DNA of 64,000 nt from the IMG/VR virus record IMGVR_UViG_3300034684_000282; one strand, written 5' to 3'. The position numbers and the translations under genes are program-made. Numbering within the stretch: position 1 is the first letter of the stretch; every line of letters starts with the position of its first letter. The stretch is from an uncultured virus (IMG/VR IMGVR_UViG_3300034684_000282). Taxonomy: Duplodnaviria; Heunggongvirae; Uroviricota; Caudoviricetes. Under the pieces are notes generated by a model. The model saw only the letters and a program-made list of their open reading frames with translations. It was not told where the DNA came from and did not search any database. Positions 37,230 through 46,974 of this stretch are shown here, piece by piece.

Positions 37230-37455
37230 TTACGCCTCTTCTTTTAATTTTCTAACTATTCTCCACACGGAGTCGTATTCTCTCTCTACTTCACACCACA
37301 CCGCGTCAATGTCTTTTAATACAGCGCGACACTCATACTCAGGAAAACCGCTGCCAGTAGGACTAGCGTTTAACGTGAACTGTTAGAATCTTATCTAACA
37401 TGGAACCTAACTACAGTGTTACCTTTCTTAACTCCACAATATTCAAGTCAGACAC
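37230..37455 (-). pseudogene. Disrupted paralogue of 36512..36763
   Basis: MSDLNIVELRKVTL*LGSMLDKILTV.. [frameshift] ..FPEYECRAVLKDIDAVWCEV..VWRIVRKLK aligns with MVDLSVDELKKLVL..LLDKIMSV..FSEQECRALLKDIFNTWCEV. Confidence 0.75.
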
Positions 37456-37584
37456 TACACTACCTTTCTTCTTCTATTCTTCATTCCATTATTCACGTGT
37501 ATATTATACCATACTGCTACTAAAAAGTAAACAGGCCGACACTACAACGTGTGTCGACCTGTACAGTACTTACTCAACAATCCT

Positions 37585-37809
37585 TTACGCGGTTTTAACT
37601 CGCTTTCTTCTATACCTTTCAGAACGGCTATTGGGTTTTAAATCAAACTGGCTACTCACCGGGGTTACCAACAGCTGGTGATCCTCGGGGTCATACTTCA
37701 TGAACACTACGTCACCGGGGTTGACCCTCAAGGATTTTAAAATACCCGGTGGTAGAATAATCCTATTCATCGAGTCAACCTTTGCCGTAGCTTCCATTAA
37801 AACGCCCAC
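37585..37809 (-). CDS. AbrB/MazE/SpoVT-family DNA-binding protein
   Basis: AKVDSMNRIILPPGILKSLRVNPGDVVF. Confidence 0.85.
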   Translation of the reverse strand: MGVLMEATAKVDSMNRIILPPGILKSLRVNPGDVVFMKYDPEDHQLLVTPVSSQFDLKPNSRSERYRRKRVKTA

Positions 37810-37841
37810 CCCTCCACAGTTACTCGTGTGATAAATTATTT

Positions 37842-38162
37842 CTACTCACTAACAACTTCTACCTTTAACTTACCCCCACTGTCTAACTCACCACTGCTAT
37901 AATTTAAGTCATCCGTGTTTGAATTCTGTTCTAGCGCCGTAGACCTGTAGTAGTCTATTACTTTATTTATCTGTTCTTGAAACTCATCTTGGCTAATGTA
38001 CTCCTTCTCTACTAGTAGCCTAGCCAACGCTTCTAACCTAACGACAACTTGAAACACCGACACCTCAGTCTCGCTAAGCTGTGACTCTAGCACTGCCACT
38101 TTCTTGCCCAGCTGTCCTACTCCCTTAGCTTGAGTCGAACCGTTCTTAGACCTACTTCCCAC
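37842..38162 (-). CDS. Hypothetical protein
   Basis: GGAGGG RBS; coiled-coil-like. Confidence 0.7.
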   Translation of the reverse strand: MGSRSKNGSTQAKGVGQLGKKVAVLESQLSETEVSVFQVVVRLEALARLLVEKEYISQDEFQEQINKVIDYYRSTALEQNSNTDDLNYSSGELDSGGKLKVEVVSE

Positions 38163-38196
38163 ACTTATCCCTCCCTAAATTCTACACCACTCATAT

Positions 38197-38243
38197 TGGA
38201 CATAATGGACACTAACGGTAACTATAATGGACATAATGGACAC
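38197..38243. repeat. Direct repeat TGGACATAATGGACAC x2 (four TGGACA units)
   Basis: Copies at 38197 and 38228. Confidence 0.8.
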
Positions 38244-38255
38244 CGCGCTACCTCA

Positions 38256-41200
38256 CTATATAGTGCACGTTGGGCACGAAGTACCAAAGTGCATAAACTC
38301 CTCGATAGACGGGCTCTCCTTAACCTCCTCACAGTCATCCTCTGCAAGCTTCCTGCTGTCGTACAGCGACAGGTAGTACTTGTTCAAGTCGGCGAGCATC
38401 TTGCTAGCCGCGTCTGGGATACTCTTAACAACGATCTCCTTTCCCCTTAAAGACTTGTAGAACCAAACCTCGGACCCAGCTATGTCGCTCAGCGTGCTGA
38501 CTAAGTCCTCAATGTCTACTCCCGAGCGTAGGGCTAAGCTTATGACTCTACCCAGAGCCTCGGTTATGGACTTTAGGATACTCCCTGACTTACCTATCGA
38601 GATAAACGTTTCGAACATTCTCTTATCGTCGTCGAAGTTTGCCGTTATGTAGATTGAACCGTACGGGGAGCTACACTTCGTGGTTACTCCCTGCACGAAC
38701 TGCGGCCGCGGCCTGACCCTCCCCTTCTGACCCCCTGACTCATCCCTGTCTATCTTCTTAATCGGTTGCCCGCTACGCGAACCGTCCCTGTATATCGTGA
38801 CTCCCTTGATACCGTTGTCGAAACAGTACTCGTAAATTTTTCTAACGTCATCGACGGTTGACTCACTCGGCATGTTAACCGTCTTACTTATAGCGCTGTC
38901 GATGTACGGAGCGAAGACGGCAACCGCCCTAACGTGCTGCTCAGGCGTGATGTCGTGAGCCTTGACTAGCAACCCCCTCGCCTTGTTCTCCTCGTTGTAC
39001 AGCCGGTGGTAGTACGTTAGCTGCCGCCTCTCAGTGGGAGACACGACAACGTCTCTAGTCCACTCGTATGAAAAGTTAGGCTCGATTCCCGAGCTTGTGT
39101 TTAACAGTATCGATATCGTCCCGGTAGGTGCGATCGACAACCTTCTCGAGTTTCTCAAGCCACCCTTGCCCCTCTCAGTACTGAACACCGACTTAAACAA
39201 CTCTAAGACAAGCTCGTCGCTTACAATGTAGCTTCGGTCGTTGTACACGCACGCCAGTGCGTTCTTAAAGGACACGGGTAAGTCGGAGTTAGGGATAACT
39301 TCGCTTACTATACTGTCTATACTACTACTCGATATATCCGAGCCCCTCACAACCCTAGTTAGGTAGTTTCTCTCACCGCTCTCCTCGTCGAAGTGTGGGT
39401 AGGGTCCCTTCAACAAGGCTATGGCTGCGGATGCTATCAGGGAGTACTCGGCTAAAATTCTAGCAACACTCAGCGAGAACTCCTCGAACTCCCTCGAACC
39501 GTACTTAATCCCCATCATAATGCACGCGTCTGCCAACCCCATGATACCCAGTCCGACCGGGCGAATGTCCTTAGTATTCTTCTCTATCTTCTTCAGCGGG
39601 TAGTTTGTTACGTCAATAACTAAGTCTAGGTAGTACACCGACCGCAAGACCTGGTCCTTAAACTCCTTGTAGTTGAAGCTACGGTTCTCGTCTACGAACT
39701 CAGCTAGGTTGATCGACCCAAGGTTGCAGCTAGAGTCGTTAGGCAGCGGCTGCTCACCGCACTGCAGGCTGTTGACAAAGTACAGCTCCGAGTCGGTGCT
39801 GGTAGGTAGTACCGTGCAGATGTTGTGGTACTCGTCTACGGTACCGTTGTAGACCGTTTCCTTACCTATGTAGCTTATGCTTATAATCCTATTGTTGTAG
39901 TGCTGGGACGGTTTTCTCACCCTACCGTAGTCTTCCAACGGTAGCGGTTCCTCTAAAAGCTTAGCTTGTGCTTCACCCTTACTGTATTTACTAATTGATT
40001 CTTTTTTTTCTAATTGTTTATTTAGCTTAGCATTTAAATCTATACGACGTTTAGAAAATCGTTCTTGAATTTCTTTTCTTTTATCAGCTATTAGTTGTCT
40101 TCTTTCTTCACGTGTAGTACTACTGTTAGTTTTAAGAACGGCTAGTTTATGCCCACACTCCGAAGAACATGCGGAAATTTCTCTTCTATTAAAGGGAACG
40201 GTAAACTTTTTACCACAAACTTCACAGTATTTTTCTACGTAAATACTATTCTCGTTAATAAAACATTTTAAATCAGTGTACTGCTGGCATACTTCTAACT
40301 TTTTAGCCAACCTGTCCTGTAAATACCTATCACGTAGATTACTTATTTCTCTTTTAATATTGTCAACCACTGTATTATTATCAATATTAGTATATTTTTG
40401 TCTAAGTTCTGAACTTTGATTAAAATTACTCTTAATGGCTTCTCTTGTTTTTTCCTGAATTTCTAACCTATTCAACTCCACATCATGTAAAATTTTGCTC
40501 CCTACCCACAAGCTGTCGCCTGCGCGCAGCTCTGAAACCTCCTTGTACTCACCGCTCTCCGTCTTAAACTTGTGGTCCCCGGTTGCTTTGATAACGGAGC
40601 CGTCAAACAGTTTGATTTCATAAACATCCTTATCGTAGCCGGTAACCCTCGGGTTTCGCATTGTCTTGACAACGATATGGTTGTCGCTGTTCAAGCAGTA
40701 TACCGGTACGTCCTTACCCTCCTCGGCTAGCTGCTTAAACGCTACGGCGTTTCTACCGTCGGCTGTCGCTACTAGGGTGTCACCCGTCAAGCACGGGTTT
40801 GTAGCCTCAATACGATACCTCCCGTCACTCTTGAGCAAGTTGTCCCGGTTTGCCGTGTCGATAAAGAATAACCCAGGGTCTCCGTTCTTATGCGCGTTTT
40901 GACAGATCTTGTCCCACAGATTTCTCGCCTTAACGGTCTTTACCACGCGGCCTGAAGCTGGAGACACTAGGTCGTACACGCCGTCGCTTCTCAAAGCCTC
41001 CATAAACTTGTCGTCCACGGCTACGGAGATGTTGAAGTAGTTTAGGTTACCGTCGCTTTCCTTACATGAGACAAACTCCTCGATGTCCGGGTGGTGCACG
41101 TTAAGGATTCCCATCAGCGCCGCGCGCCTCTTTCCACCCTGAACTACACTCGAACCCATCGCGTTCCAGTTGTGCATGAAGGAGACCGGACCCGAAGCCC

Positions 41201-41825
41201 TGCCGCCGCAGCCGCCGGCTATCAGCGCTCCCTTCTCTCTCAAGTTTCCAAAGTTAGCACCGACCCCGCCGCCAAACTTTGAAATTATCGCAGCGTTCTT
41301 AACGCTGTCGAATATCCCCTCGATCGAGTCAGGAACCTCAATGGTAAAGCACGCGAACATCATCTGGTTCTTACTGTAATTCTTAGAAATCTTTTCATAC
41401 GTGTCTCTTATCTCTTCGTAATTCTCTCTAGCAAGTGTCTTGTAGAGGTACTTACTCAGCGCTTTGTTTGAGCTGATTCCAACGCCGGCCGAAAACAAAG
41501 TTGGGGAGTTAAACAAAAACCTGTGACTCATCATGTCGTTGTATATACTGTTCTCTATGTTTAGCACGTACTCTAAGTCCTCGTCAGGCATGCCTTCCCT
41601 GTACTCCCCGGCAGCGACAACCCTCGCGACTCTCCGGCACAGCTGGGAGTAGTTACTCTCCCTTTGCCCGTCGGGTAAGTCCATGAAATACCTTAGCTTC
41701 AAAACTTCCTGAGCGTTCTCGTCAACCTCTTTGTTCATGGTTACTAGCGGTGATGGCTGCGCAAACACCCTCTCCCTGTACAGCTTGCTTAAGGAAGCAC
41801 TGTCCGTAGGCAACGTATACTTCAC
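38256..41825 (-). CDS. nrdJ: Class II (B12-dependent) ribonucleotide reductase with intein
   Basis: FLFNSPTL, ACF, GGGVG, VQGGKRRAA, TNPC/GEQ, CNLGSINL, RPVGLG, IAPTGTIS, DSAISKT; C-terminal TSCPD-like domain. Confidence 0.95.
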   Translation of the reverse strand: MKYTLPTDSASLSKLYRERVFAQPSPLVTMNKEVDENAQEVLKLRYFMDLPDGQRESNYSQLCRRVARVVAAGEYREGMPDEDLEYVLNIENSIYNDMMSHRFLFNSPTLFSAGVGISSNKALSKYLYKTLARENYEEIRDTYEKISKNYSKNQMMFACFTIEVPDSIEGIFDSVKNAAIISKFGGGVGANFGNLREKGALIAGGCGGRASGPVSFMHNWNAMGSSVVQGGKRRAALMGILNVHHPDIEEFVSCKESDGNLNYFNISVAVDDKFMEALRSDGVYDLVSPASGRVVKTVKARNLWDKICQNAHKNGDPGLFFIDTANRDNLLKSDGRYRIEATNPCLTGDTLVATADGRNAVAFKQLAEEGKDVPVYCLNSDNHIVVKTMRNPRVTGYDKDVYEIKLFDGSVIKATGDHKFKTESGEYKEVSELRAGDSLWVGSKILHDVELNRLEIQEKTREAIKSNFNQSSELRQKYTNIDNNTVVDNIKREISNLRDRYLQDRLAKKLEVCQQYTDLKCFINENSIYVEKYCEVCGKKFTVPFNRREISACSSECGHKLAVLKTNSSTTREERRQLIADKRKEIQERFSKRRIDLNAKLNKQLEKKESISKYSKGEAQAKLLEEPLPLEDYGRVRKPSQHYNNRIISISYIGKETVYNGTVDEYHNICTVLPTSTDSELYFVNSLQCGEQPLPNDSSCNLGSINLAEFVDENRSFNYKEFKDQVLRSVYYLDLVIDVTNYPLKKIEKNTKDIRPVGLGIMGLADACIMMGIKYGSREFEEFSLSVARILAEYSLIASAAIALLKGPYPHFDEESGERNYLTRVVRGSDISSSSIDSIVSEVIPNSDLPVSFKNALACVYNDRSYIVSDELVLELFKSVFSTERGKGGLRNSRRLSIAPTGTISILLNTSSGIEPNFSYEWTRDVVVSPTERRQLTYYHRLYNEENKARGLLVKAHDITPEQHVRAVAVFAPYIDSAISKTVNMPSESTVDDVRKIYEYCFDNGIKGVTIYRDGSRSGQPIKKIDRDESGGQKGRVRPRPQFVQGVTTKCSSPYGSIYITANFDDDKRMFETFISIGKSGSILKSITEALGRVISLALRSGVDIEDLVSTLSDIAGSEVWFYKSLRGKEIVVKSIPDAASKMLADLNKYYLSLYDSRKLAEDDCEEVKESPSIEEFMHFGTSCPTCTI
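39762..40793 (-). mobile_element. Intein (344 aa) inserted at the RNR active-site Cys
   Basis: NP|CLTGDTLV..ATGDH..VYNGTVDEYHN..NSLQ|CGEQ. Confidence 0.93.
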
Positions 41826-41906
41826 TCCTTAAAAGTTTAATGTTTCAAGCGCTGTTAATTCTAAAATTAAACTAAACCACACAAACCTACGATCGGAGTT
41901 GGTTAA

Positions 41907-42524
41907 GTGGTAACAGAGTTTAACTTTATCAAGAACCTTGAAAAAAACTACGACCTGCACCCGGTCGTCTGCTACTACTGCGGAAAACCCCTCCCCTTCA
42001 AAAAGTTTTACAAACAGCAAGATGTACCAAAAAAGTTTTGTAGTAAAAAATGTAAGAATTCCTACATTGAAGAAACACGCGATATCGTAGAAACAACCGA
42101 AGAGTTCTCCTCTCAAACCGAAAGAGCCATCTATACCTTCCTAACTATGCAGTACCCCAACTACATAGTAAGACACAACTTGAGGGACGTGTACCCACCC
42201 TACGAGATAGACATGTGCGTTGAAACTAATAAATTTCCCATTTATCTAGAGTACAACGGGACGTTCCATCAGCCTAACTCTCGTAAGAAACAGCTAAATG
42301 ACAAGATAAAAAAAGACGAACTCTGCGTTCGAAGACAGCTAAAGCTAGTTCGCTTGTGGAGCGAAATCGGAATCTACTCTAGACCCTCTGTGTTTAATGA
42401 AGCTCTTAAAAAACTAAAGGAAGAAATTGATACACTCATTAAGAATAATATAAGCGGCGGTAAGTGTATAGAGATAGTTGTCGACAAGAATGAAGAGTTT
42501 CATAGATACACCGAAGAGTTTTAG
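41907..42524 (+). CDS. Free-standing Zn-finger plus Vsr/PD-(D/E)xK endonuclease (putative homing endonuclease)
   Basis: CYYCG..FCSKKC; SSQTE..EID..LEYNGTFH..D..K..LVRLW. Confidence 0.7.
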   Translation: MVTEFNFIKNLEKNYDLHPVVCYYCGKPLPFKKFYKQQDVPKKFCSKKCKNSYIEETRDIVETTEEFSSQTERAIYTFLTMQYPNYIVRHNLRDVYPPYEIDMCVETNKFPIYLEYNGTFHQPNSRKKQLNDKIKKDELCVRRQLKLVRLWSEIGIYSRPSVFNEALKKLKEEIDTLIKNNISGGKCIEIVVDKNEEFHRYTEEF

Positions 42525-42537
42525 AATTTAAGTTAAC

Positions 42538-43005
42538 TTAACCTACAGGTACACTATTCTTCTTAGCTTGCTCCTCTACATATTTCTTACCCTTTCGAAT
42601 AGCTACTACTCCCCACCTCGCGTCCCTGTAGTCAATCCACCAGGACGCTCTGGTTTCCTTTAGTAGCTCTGTAAGACCCAGCCTTGCTAAAAATTCCTCC
42701 TGCGTAGACTTTTCTTCAGGGTTGAGTTTGTAAACTTCCAACTGCTTCTCTATTGCTTTTATCGCTTCCATCCTGATCTTAAGCGCCCAGTCGACTTGCT
42801 TTTTGCTCCCCGTTAGTTCGGGGAGTTTCATCTCCCTACTCTTTTCCTTAGCTTCCTCTAGTTCTTTCTCACGCTTCTCGGCCTTACACCCGTCGCACAA
42901 CCAGTAGTAGTGCTCCACCTTGTAGTTCCTATCCTTCATCTTACCGTACAGCTGTACTTCAAACTCTTTCCTACACTCGCGGCACTCAACCTTTGTCCAC
43001 GCCAT
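42538..43005 (-). CDS. Hypothetical protein
   Basis: CRECR..CDGC; LPELTGSKKQVDWA; GGAGG RBS. Confidence 0.8.
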   Translation of the reverse strand: MAWTKVECRECRKEFEVQLYGKMKDRNYKVEHYYWLCDGCKAEKREKELEEAKEKSREMKLPELTGSKKQVDWALKIRMEAIKAIEKQLEVYKLNPEEKSTQEEFLARLGLTELLKETRASWWIDYRDARWGVVAIRKGKKYVEEQAKKNSVPVG

Positions 43006-43053
43006 TCCAAATCTCCTCCATTCAGTTTATACACTACCATTTATTGCAACAGC

Positions 43054-43908
43054 TTACTCGTAATTCCTTATCACTACTTCATCAACTTCCCTGTACTTTC
43101 CATAGGCTAAATTAATTGATCTTCTAGCTCGAACCATGGTAATGTTGTAAGCTGAGTACTGTTCCCTTATAAAATCCGTCGCAGAGTTTGAGAGCATAAA
43201 CTTAATCCCTCTTTTGTTTAAATTATCACAAGACTCACGTAACCTTACCTGATCATCTCGAGTAAACCCACCCGTTGAGTACCCCGTGAAGTAGGACGCG
43301 TTCGAACCACGGTCGTACGGCGGGTCAAGGTAGACAAACGTGTCTTTAGGTAGTAACTCTAGAACTTCTGCAAAATCAGTGGAGGTTAAGTAAATCACCG
43401 CTTTGTTAAAGTAAGTACTCACCGCGCGCAGTGCGGGAGCGTTTACAATGTTAGGGTTACGGTAGTTAGCAAAGGAAGCGTTAAACTCACCGGCGCTGTT
43501 AACCCTGTACAAACCGTTGTAGCAGGTCTTGTTGAGGTAAATCATGCGGGCAGCTCTTTGCACGTCTGATAGAGTAGAGTACCTCACTTTATCCCTATCC
43601 CAATCTCTGACAGAATAAAAACAATCAGCATCGTTCTTAAACTCTTGCAAAACTTTAATTAGAGATTCTACGTCTTCTTTTATAACCTTGTACGCGTTGA
43701 TTAAATCAGCGTTTATATCGTTAACATACGCTACACTAGGCTGTAAGGCAAAAAGCAGCGCCCCACCGCCGACAAACGGCTCACAGTATGTAGTAACACG
43801 CTGCGGAAGAAGGGGTGTTAGAGTGTTTAACAACCGCTGCTTACCACCAAGCCACTTTAAAACGGGAGCGACTAACTTACTTTTATCCGCTGCAACCTTC
43901 TTCTCCAT
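43054..43908 (-). CDS. dam: Dam-family (D12) N6-adenine methyltransferase
   Basis: LKWLGGK, EPFVGGGA, NDIN, YNGLYRVN..G.FN, YLDPPY, MLSNS. Confidence 0.93.
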   Translation of the reverse strand: MEKKVAADKSKLVAPVLKWLGGKQRLLNTLTPLLPQRVTTYCEPFVGGGALLFALQPSVAYVNDINADLINAYKVIKEDVESLIKVLQEFKNDADCFYSVRDWDRDKVRYSTLSDVQRAARMIYLNKTCYNGLYRVNSAGEFNASFANYRNPNIVNAPALRAVSTYFNKAVIYLTSTDFAEVLELLPKDTFVYLDPPYDRGSNASYFTGYSTGGFTRDDQVRLRESCDNLNKRGIKFMLSNSATDFIREQYSAYNITMVRARRSINLAYGKYREVDEVVIRNYE

Positions 43909-44084
43909 AATTGTATACTTCACACGGTTAATTAACAATATTATTAATATAGCTAGTTACTATCTGTGTACACGTACACCTAACATAAAACTGTATCACT
44001 TTAAGCCAAAACACCGCCAAGCGTACGCGGTAGAGTAAGTATCCTTTCGTTAACACGTGTATTTCCCCTCTCTACCAGTTAGAC

Positions 44085-44736
44085 TCAGTCTATAATGTAG
44101 AGAACATTCATAAACAAGTCAGTTACGTTGTCTAAATCCACACCGCTATCTAACGTGTCTCTAACGCTCAGAATAGGAAAGTATAACAGCATAGCGTTCT
44201 TAACGGTGTTTCCAGCCGTTAGTCGAGACACACCCGCTAGGGATCCATATACGTCCCCCGCTTCAACGTTACCTACCGTTTTAACTAGTGTAGAAATTGT
44301 TTGTACGCTCGGCAACCAGTTGTTAGACTTACTGTTAGTGTTAGAAGGTTTAAGCGTGTCAGTAATTCTATCTGCAGCCTTGTCAGTCAACTGCAGGTAC
44401 AAGCTGTCGCCAAAGTCGTTGTCTAACAGCCTGTAGAAGTAAGCGTGAACCTCTCCGACACCAGCTAGTACCTCATACTTATGCGTGTACACACCTACCC
44501 GGTGCATTGAACTGCCAACCAGAGTTAACTCACTGTAGTCATTTCTATGTAAAGCCGCGTACGCTATATATGTAGTAAACTCTCTTACATTTTTAATGTA
44601 ATACTGAACGTTTGGCTCACTCTTACTGAATACATAGCCGGTGTTGTCACCCTGGTCTACGTACGCGACACCGGCGTACGCTACGCCTGTAAACACTAGT
44701 AAAAAACACGCTAGCAGTATGAAAAATTTTTTCATA
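44085..44736 (-). CDS. Secreted protein (signal peptide), paralogue A
   Basis: MKKFFILLACFLLVFTGVAYA signal peptide. Confidence 0.75.
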
Positions 44737-44814
44737 ACTCTTACCTCCCCTTCGAACACTGAGCTAACCCACACCTACTAGAATTATAACACACACCGCT
44801 GCGAGTGTACACCG

Positions 44815-45261
44815 TTAGAATTCAATCATTTCGGTAAACCCGTCTTCAGGAACCTCGGGTAGGCCGTGCTCCTCTATGTAGTCCTCAATAATCTTAATGT
44901 CGTTCGCGGACAGTACCATGTCTTGCTCAAACAAGTATCCGTCACCCATAGGGCGGTAAAGCTGTATGACAACCAACCCCTCACCGCACAAAATCTCGTA
45001 CTTATACAAGTGTTTTCCTATATAATACGCCTGGTCTGTTACGTAAATAAAGTGATCATGCTCATTTCTAAGCGCTACTGCATACACAACATATACATAA
45101 AATTTATACAAGTCTTTAATGTAATACCTAGCGTTTGGATTATCCTCGTCGTATAAGTAGCCGAAGTTGTTTCCCTCGTCTACTAGTGCAAGGTCGGCAA
45201 ACACCGGCGTTGCAAACGCTACTAACAACAAGCAAATTACGAGAGTCAGTACTTTTTTCAT
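44815..45261 (-). CDS. Secreted protein (signal peptide), paralogue B
   Basis: MKKVLTLVICLLLVAFATPVFA; VDEGNNFGY..NPN.RYYIK shared with paralogue A. Confidence 0.75.
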   Translation of the reverse strand: MKKVLTLVICLLLVAFATPVFADLALVDEGNNFGYLYDEDNPNARYYIKDLYKFYVYVVYAVALRNEHDHFIYVTDQAYYIGKHLYKYEILCGEGLVVIQLYRPMGDGYLFEQDMVLSANDIKIIEDYIEEHGLPEVPEDGFTEMIEF

Positions 45262-45332
45262 ACCTATCTCCTCCTATAATCAATTTAAGTTTATTTAATT
45301 ATAATACACTGTATGTAATTTGTAAACTAGTA

Positions 45333-46931
45333 CTATTCAATACTCAAGTCCGGCCTGAACACCGTATAGTCTATCTCGTCAACCAGCTCGCTTACGTAAT
45401 TTAGGTCAAAAAAGCGAGCGCTGTCAAACTTAGACACGCTCCTGACCCACTTGTTGTACAGCAGCAGCTCGTGTAGGTACTCTCCGGCACAGCTTGACTC
45501 AACGCCGAACTCCGCGTTCAACACCGGTAGTAGTTCACGCAGGTAAATGCTTCCAGTTCTAAAGTACTCGCTAGTCACTAACTCAGCGGTGCGAAGGTTT
45601 CTCTCTAAGTCCCACTCGGGTAAGTAAGACATCACTAAAAGCTTTCTGTACTGGTCATGAAACTGCTGGCCGTAGCGCTCCAGTACGTAGGCTAAGTTGG
45701 CTTTTATTTTCGCGTCAGCCTCAGTAACTAGCCTGTTATAGTAACCTAAATCACTTTTTGGAAAGGCGTACTTACTGCACAGCGCTACCTCGTCCTCTAC
45801 AAACCTTCCCAGTATTAGAGCCTGGTAGTCTACGCCGACCCTTATCTCAACGTCCTCTAACTCAGAGTCTACCAACCGGTTAAACTCACTCTCTAAGTCC
45901 GTGTAGCAATCCTCAACGGGAGACTCCCTCAGCCACGTAGCGATACCGACCTCGTGCTGACCAAACCTACCGGCTCTACCGGTGAGTTGGTGAAACTCCG
46001 AGGGTCTTAGGTACCCGATACCAGGTTTGTAGACTTGCGCTATCACCGCGTACTTTGCCGGTAAGTTTACCCCCAGCGCTAGGGAGTCCGTACCGATAAC
46101 GGTGTCGACAAAGCCGTTTCTGTACAAGTACTCGATAAACATTTTTTCCTTAGGCAGTAGCTTACCGTGGTACTTTGAAACACCGATCTCCCACTCTGGG
46201 AAAAAGTTAACACGGTACTCCGACGCTAAGTCGGATATCTTTCTTATCTTCTTGTCGGAAATTCTTTTCCTACACCCGTAAAGCTCGTTAATCAGAGTTC
46301 TAATAGCCTTACGCGAAAAGCAAAAGACTAAGGCGTCCCTAACCTTACTCAGCTTAACGCCCCTTCGGTTGACCTCCAGCGGTACTAGCCTCTCCTTCGA
46401 AGTTGCTAGGCAAAACTTCCTGTCGGTTAGACCCTCAACGTACTTCTTAATCTCCGCCGGCTTGCTGCACGTAGCTGACATTAAGAGCATGTCGGTCTTT
46501 CTACTGGTGTTTGTGATGGACTCAGTGTAGCAGCGGGCCCTGTCCTCGTTGTTGAATATGTAGTGAAACTCGTCAATGACTACGTACGACGGGACCTTGT
46601 AGTAGTGCTGGTAGTAGATTTCCTGCGTCATGCAGAGAACCTTAGCCCTTGGGTTCCACTTAACGTCACCGGTGATTAACCCAACGTCCAACCCTTCCTT
46701 CTTCAACTCTCTGTACCGTTCGTTAGACAGAGCCTTGATCGGTGCGGTAAAGATTATCTTTCGAAAGTCATCGCTCAGAATGTTCGCCCAGGTATACGCG
46801 ATCAATGTCTTGCCCGAATTCGTGGGCATCACCACGAGGGCGTTCTTATTCTTTACTCGGTCAATGATTCTTCTCTGAAACTCGGTGGGCTTAAGCTCGT
46901 TGCCGATTAGGTTTTTCATAGAAGACCGCAC
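45333..46931 (-). CDS. Ski2-like DExH helicase
   Basis: PTNSGKT, PIKALSNE, DEFH, MSAT, LGVNLPA, QLTGRAGR. Confidence 0.93.
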   Translation of the reverse strand: MRSSMKNLIGNELKPTEFQRRIIDRVKNKNALVVMPTNSGKTLIAYTWANILSDDFRKIIFTAPIKALSNERYRELKKEGLDVGLITGDVKWNPRAKVLCMTQEIYYQHYYKVPSYVVIDEFHYIFNNEDRARCYTESITNTSRKTDMLLMSATCSKPAEIKKYVEGLTDRKFCLATSKERLVPLEVNRRGVKLSKVRDALVFCFSRKAIRTLINELYGCRKRISDKKIRKISDLASEYRVNFFPEWEIGVSKYHGKLLPKEKMFIEYLYRNGFVDTVIGTDSLALGVNLPAKYAVIAQVYKPGIGYLRPSEFHQLTGRAGRFGQHEVGIATWLRESPVEDCYTDLESEFNRLVDSELEDVEIRVGVDYQALILGRFVEDEVALCSKYAFPKSDLGYYNRLVTEADAKIKANLAYVLERYGQQFHDQYRKLLVMSYLPEWDLERNLRTAELVTSEYFRTGSIYLRELLPVLNAEFGVESSCAGEYLHELLLYNKWVRSVSKFDSARFFDLNYVSELVDEIDYTVFRPDLSIE

Positions 46932-46974
46932 TTTCTAAGTTGGTTTGCTTTATATTGACTAACTGTAAGTTAAC

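Noticed and set aside
38197..38243. Mini-CRISPR array
   Set aside because: Only two 16-nt units with a 15-nt spacer, and no cas genes
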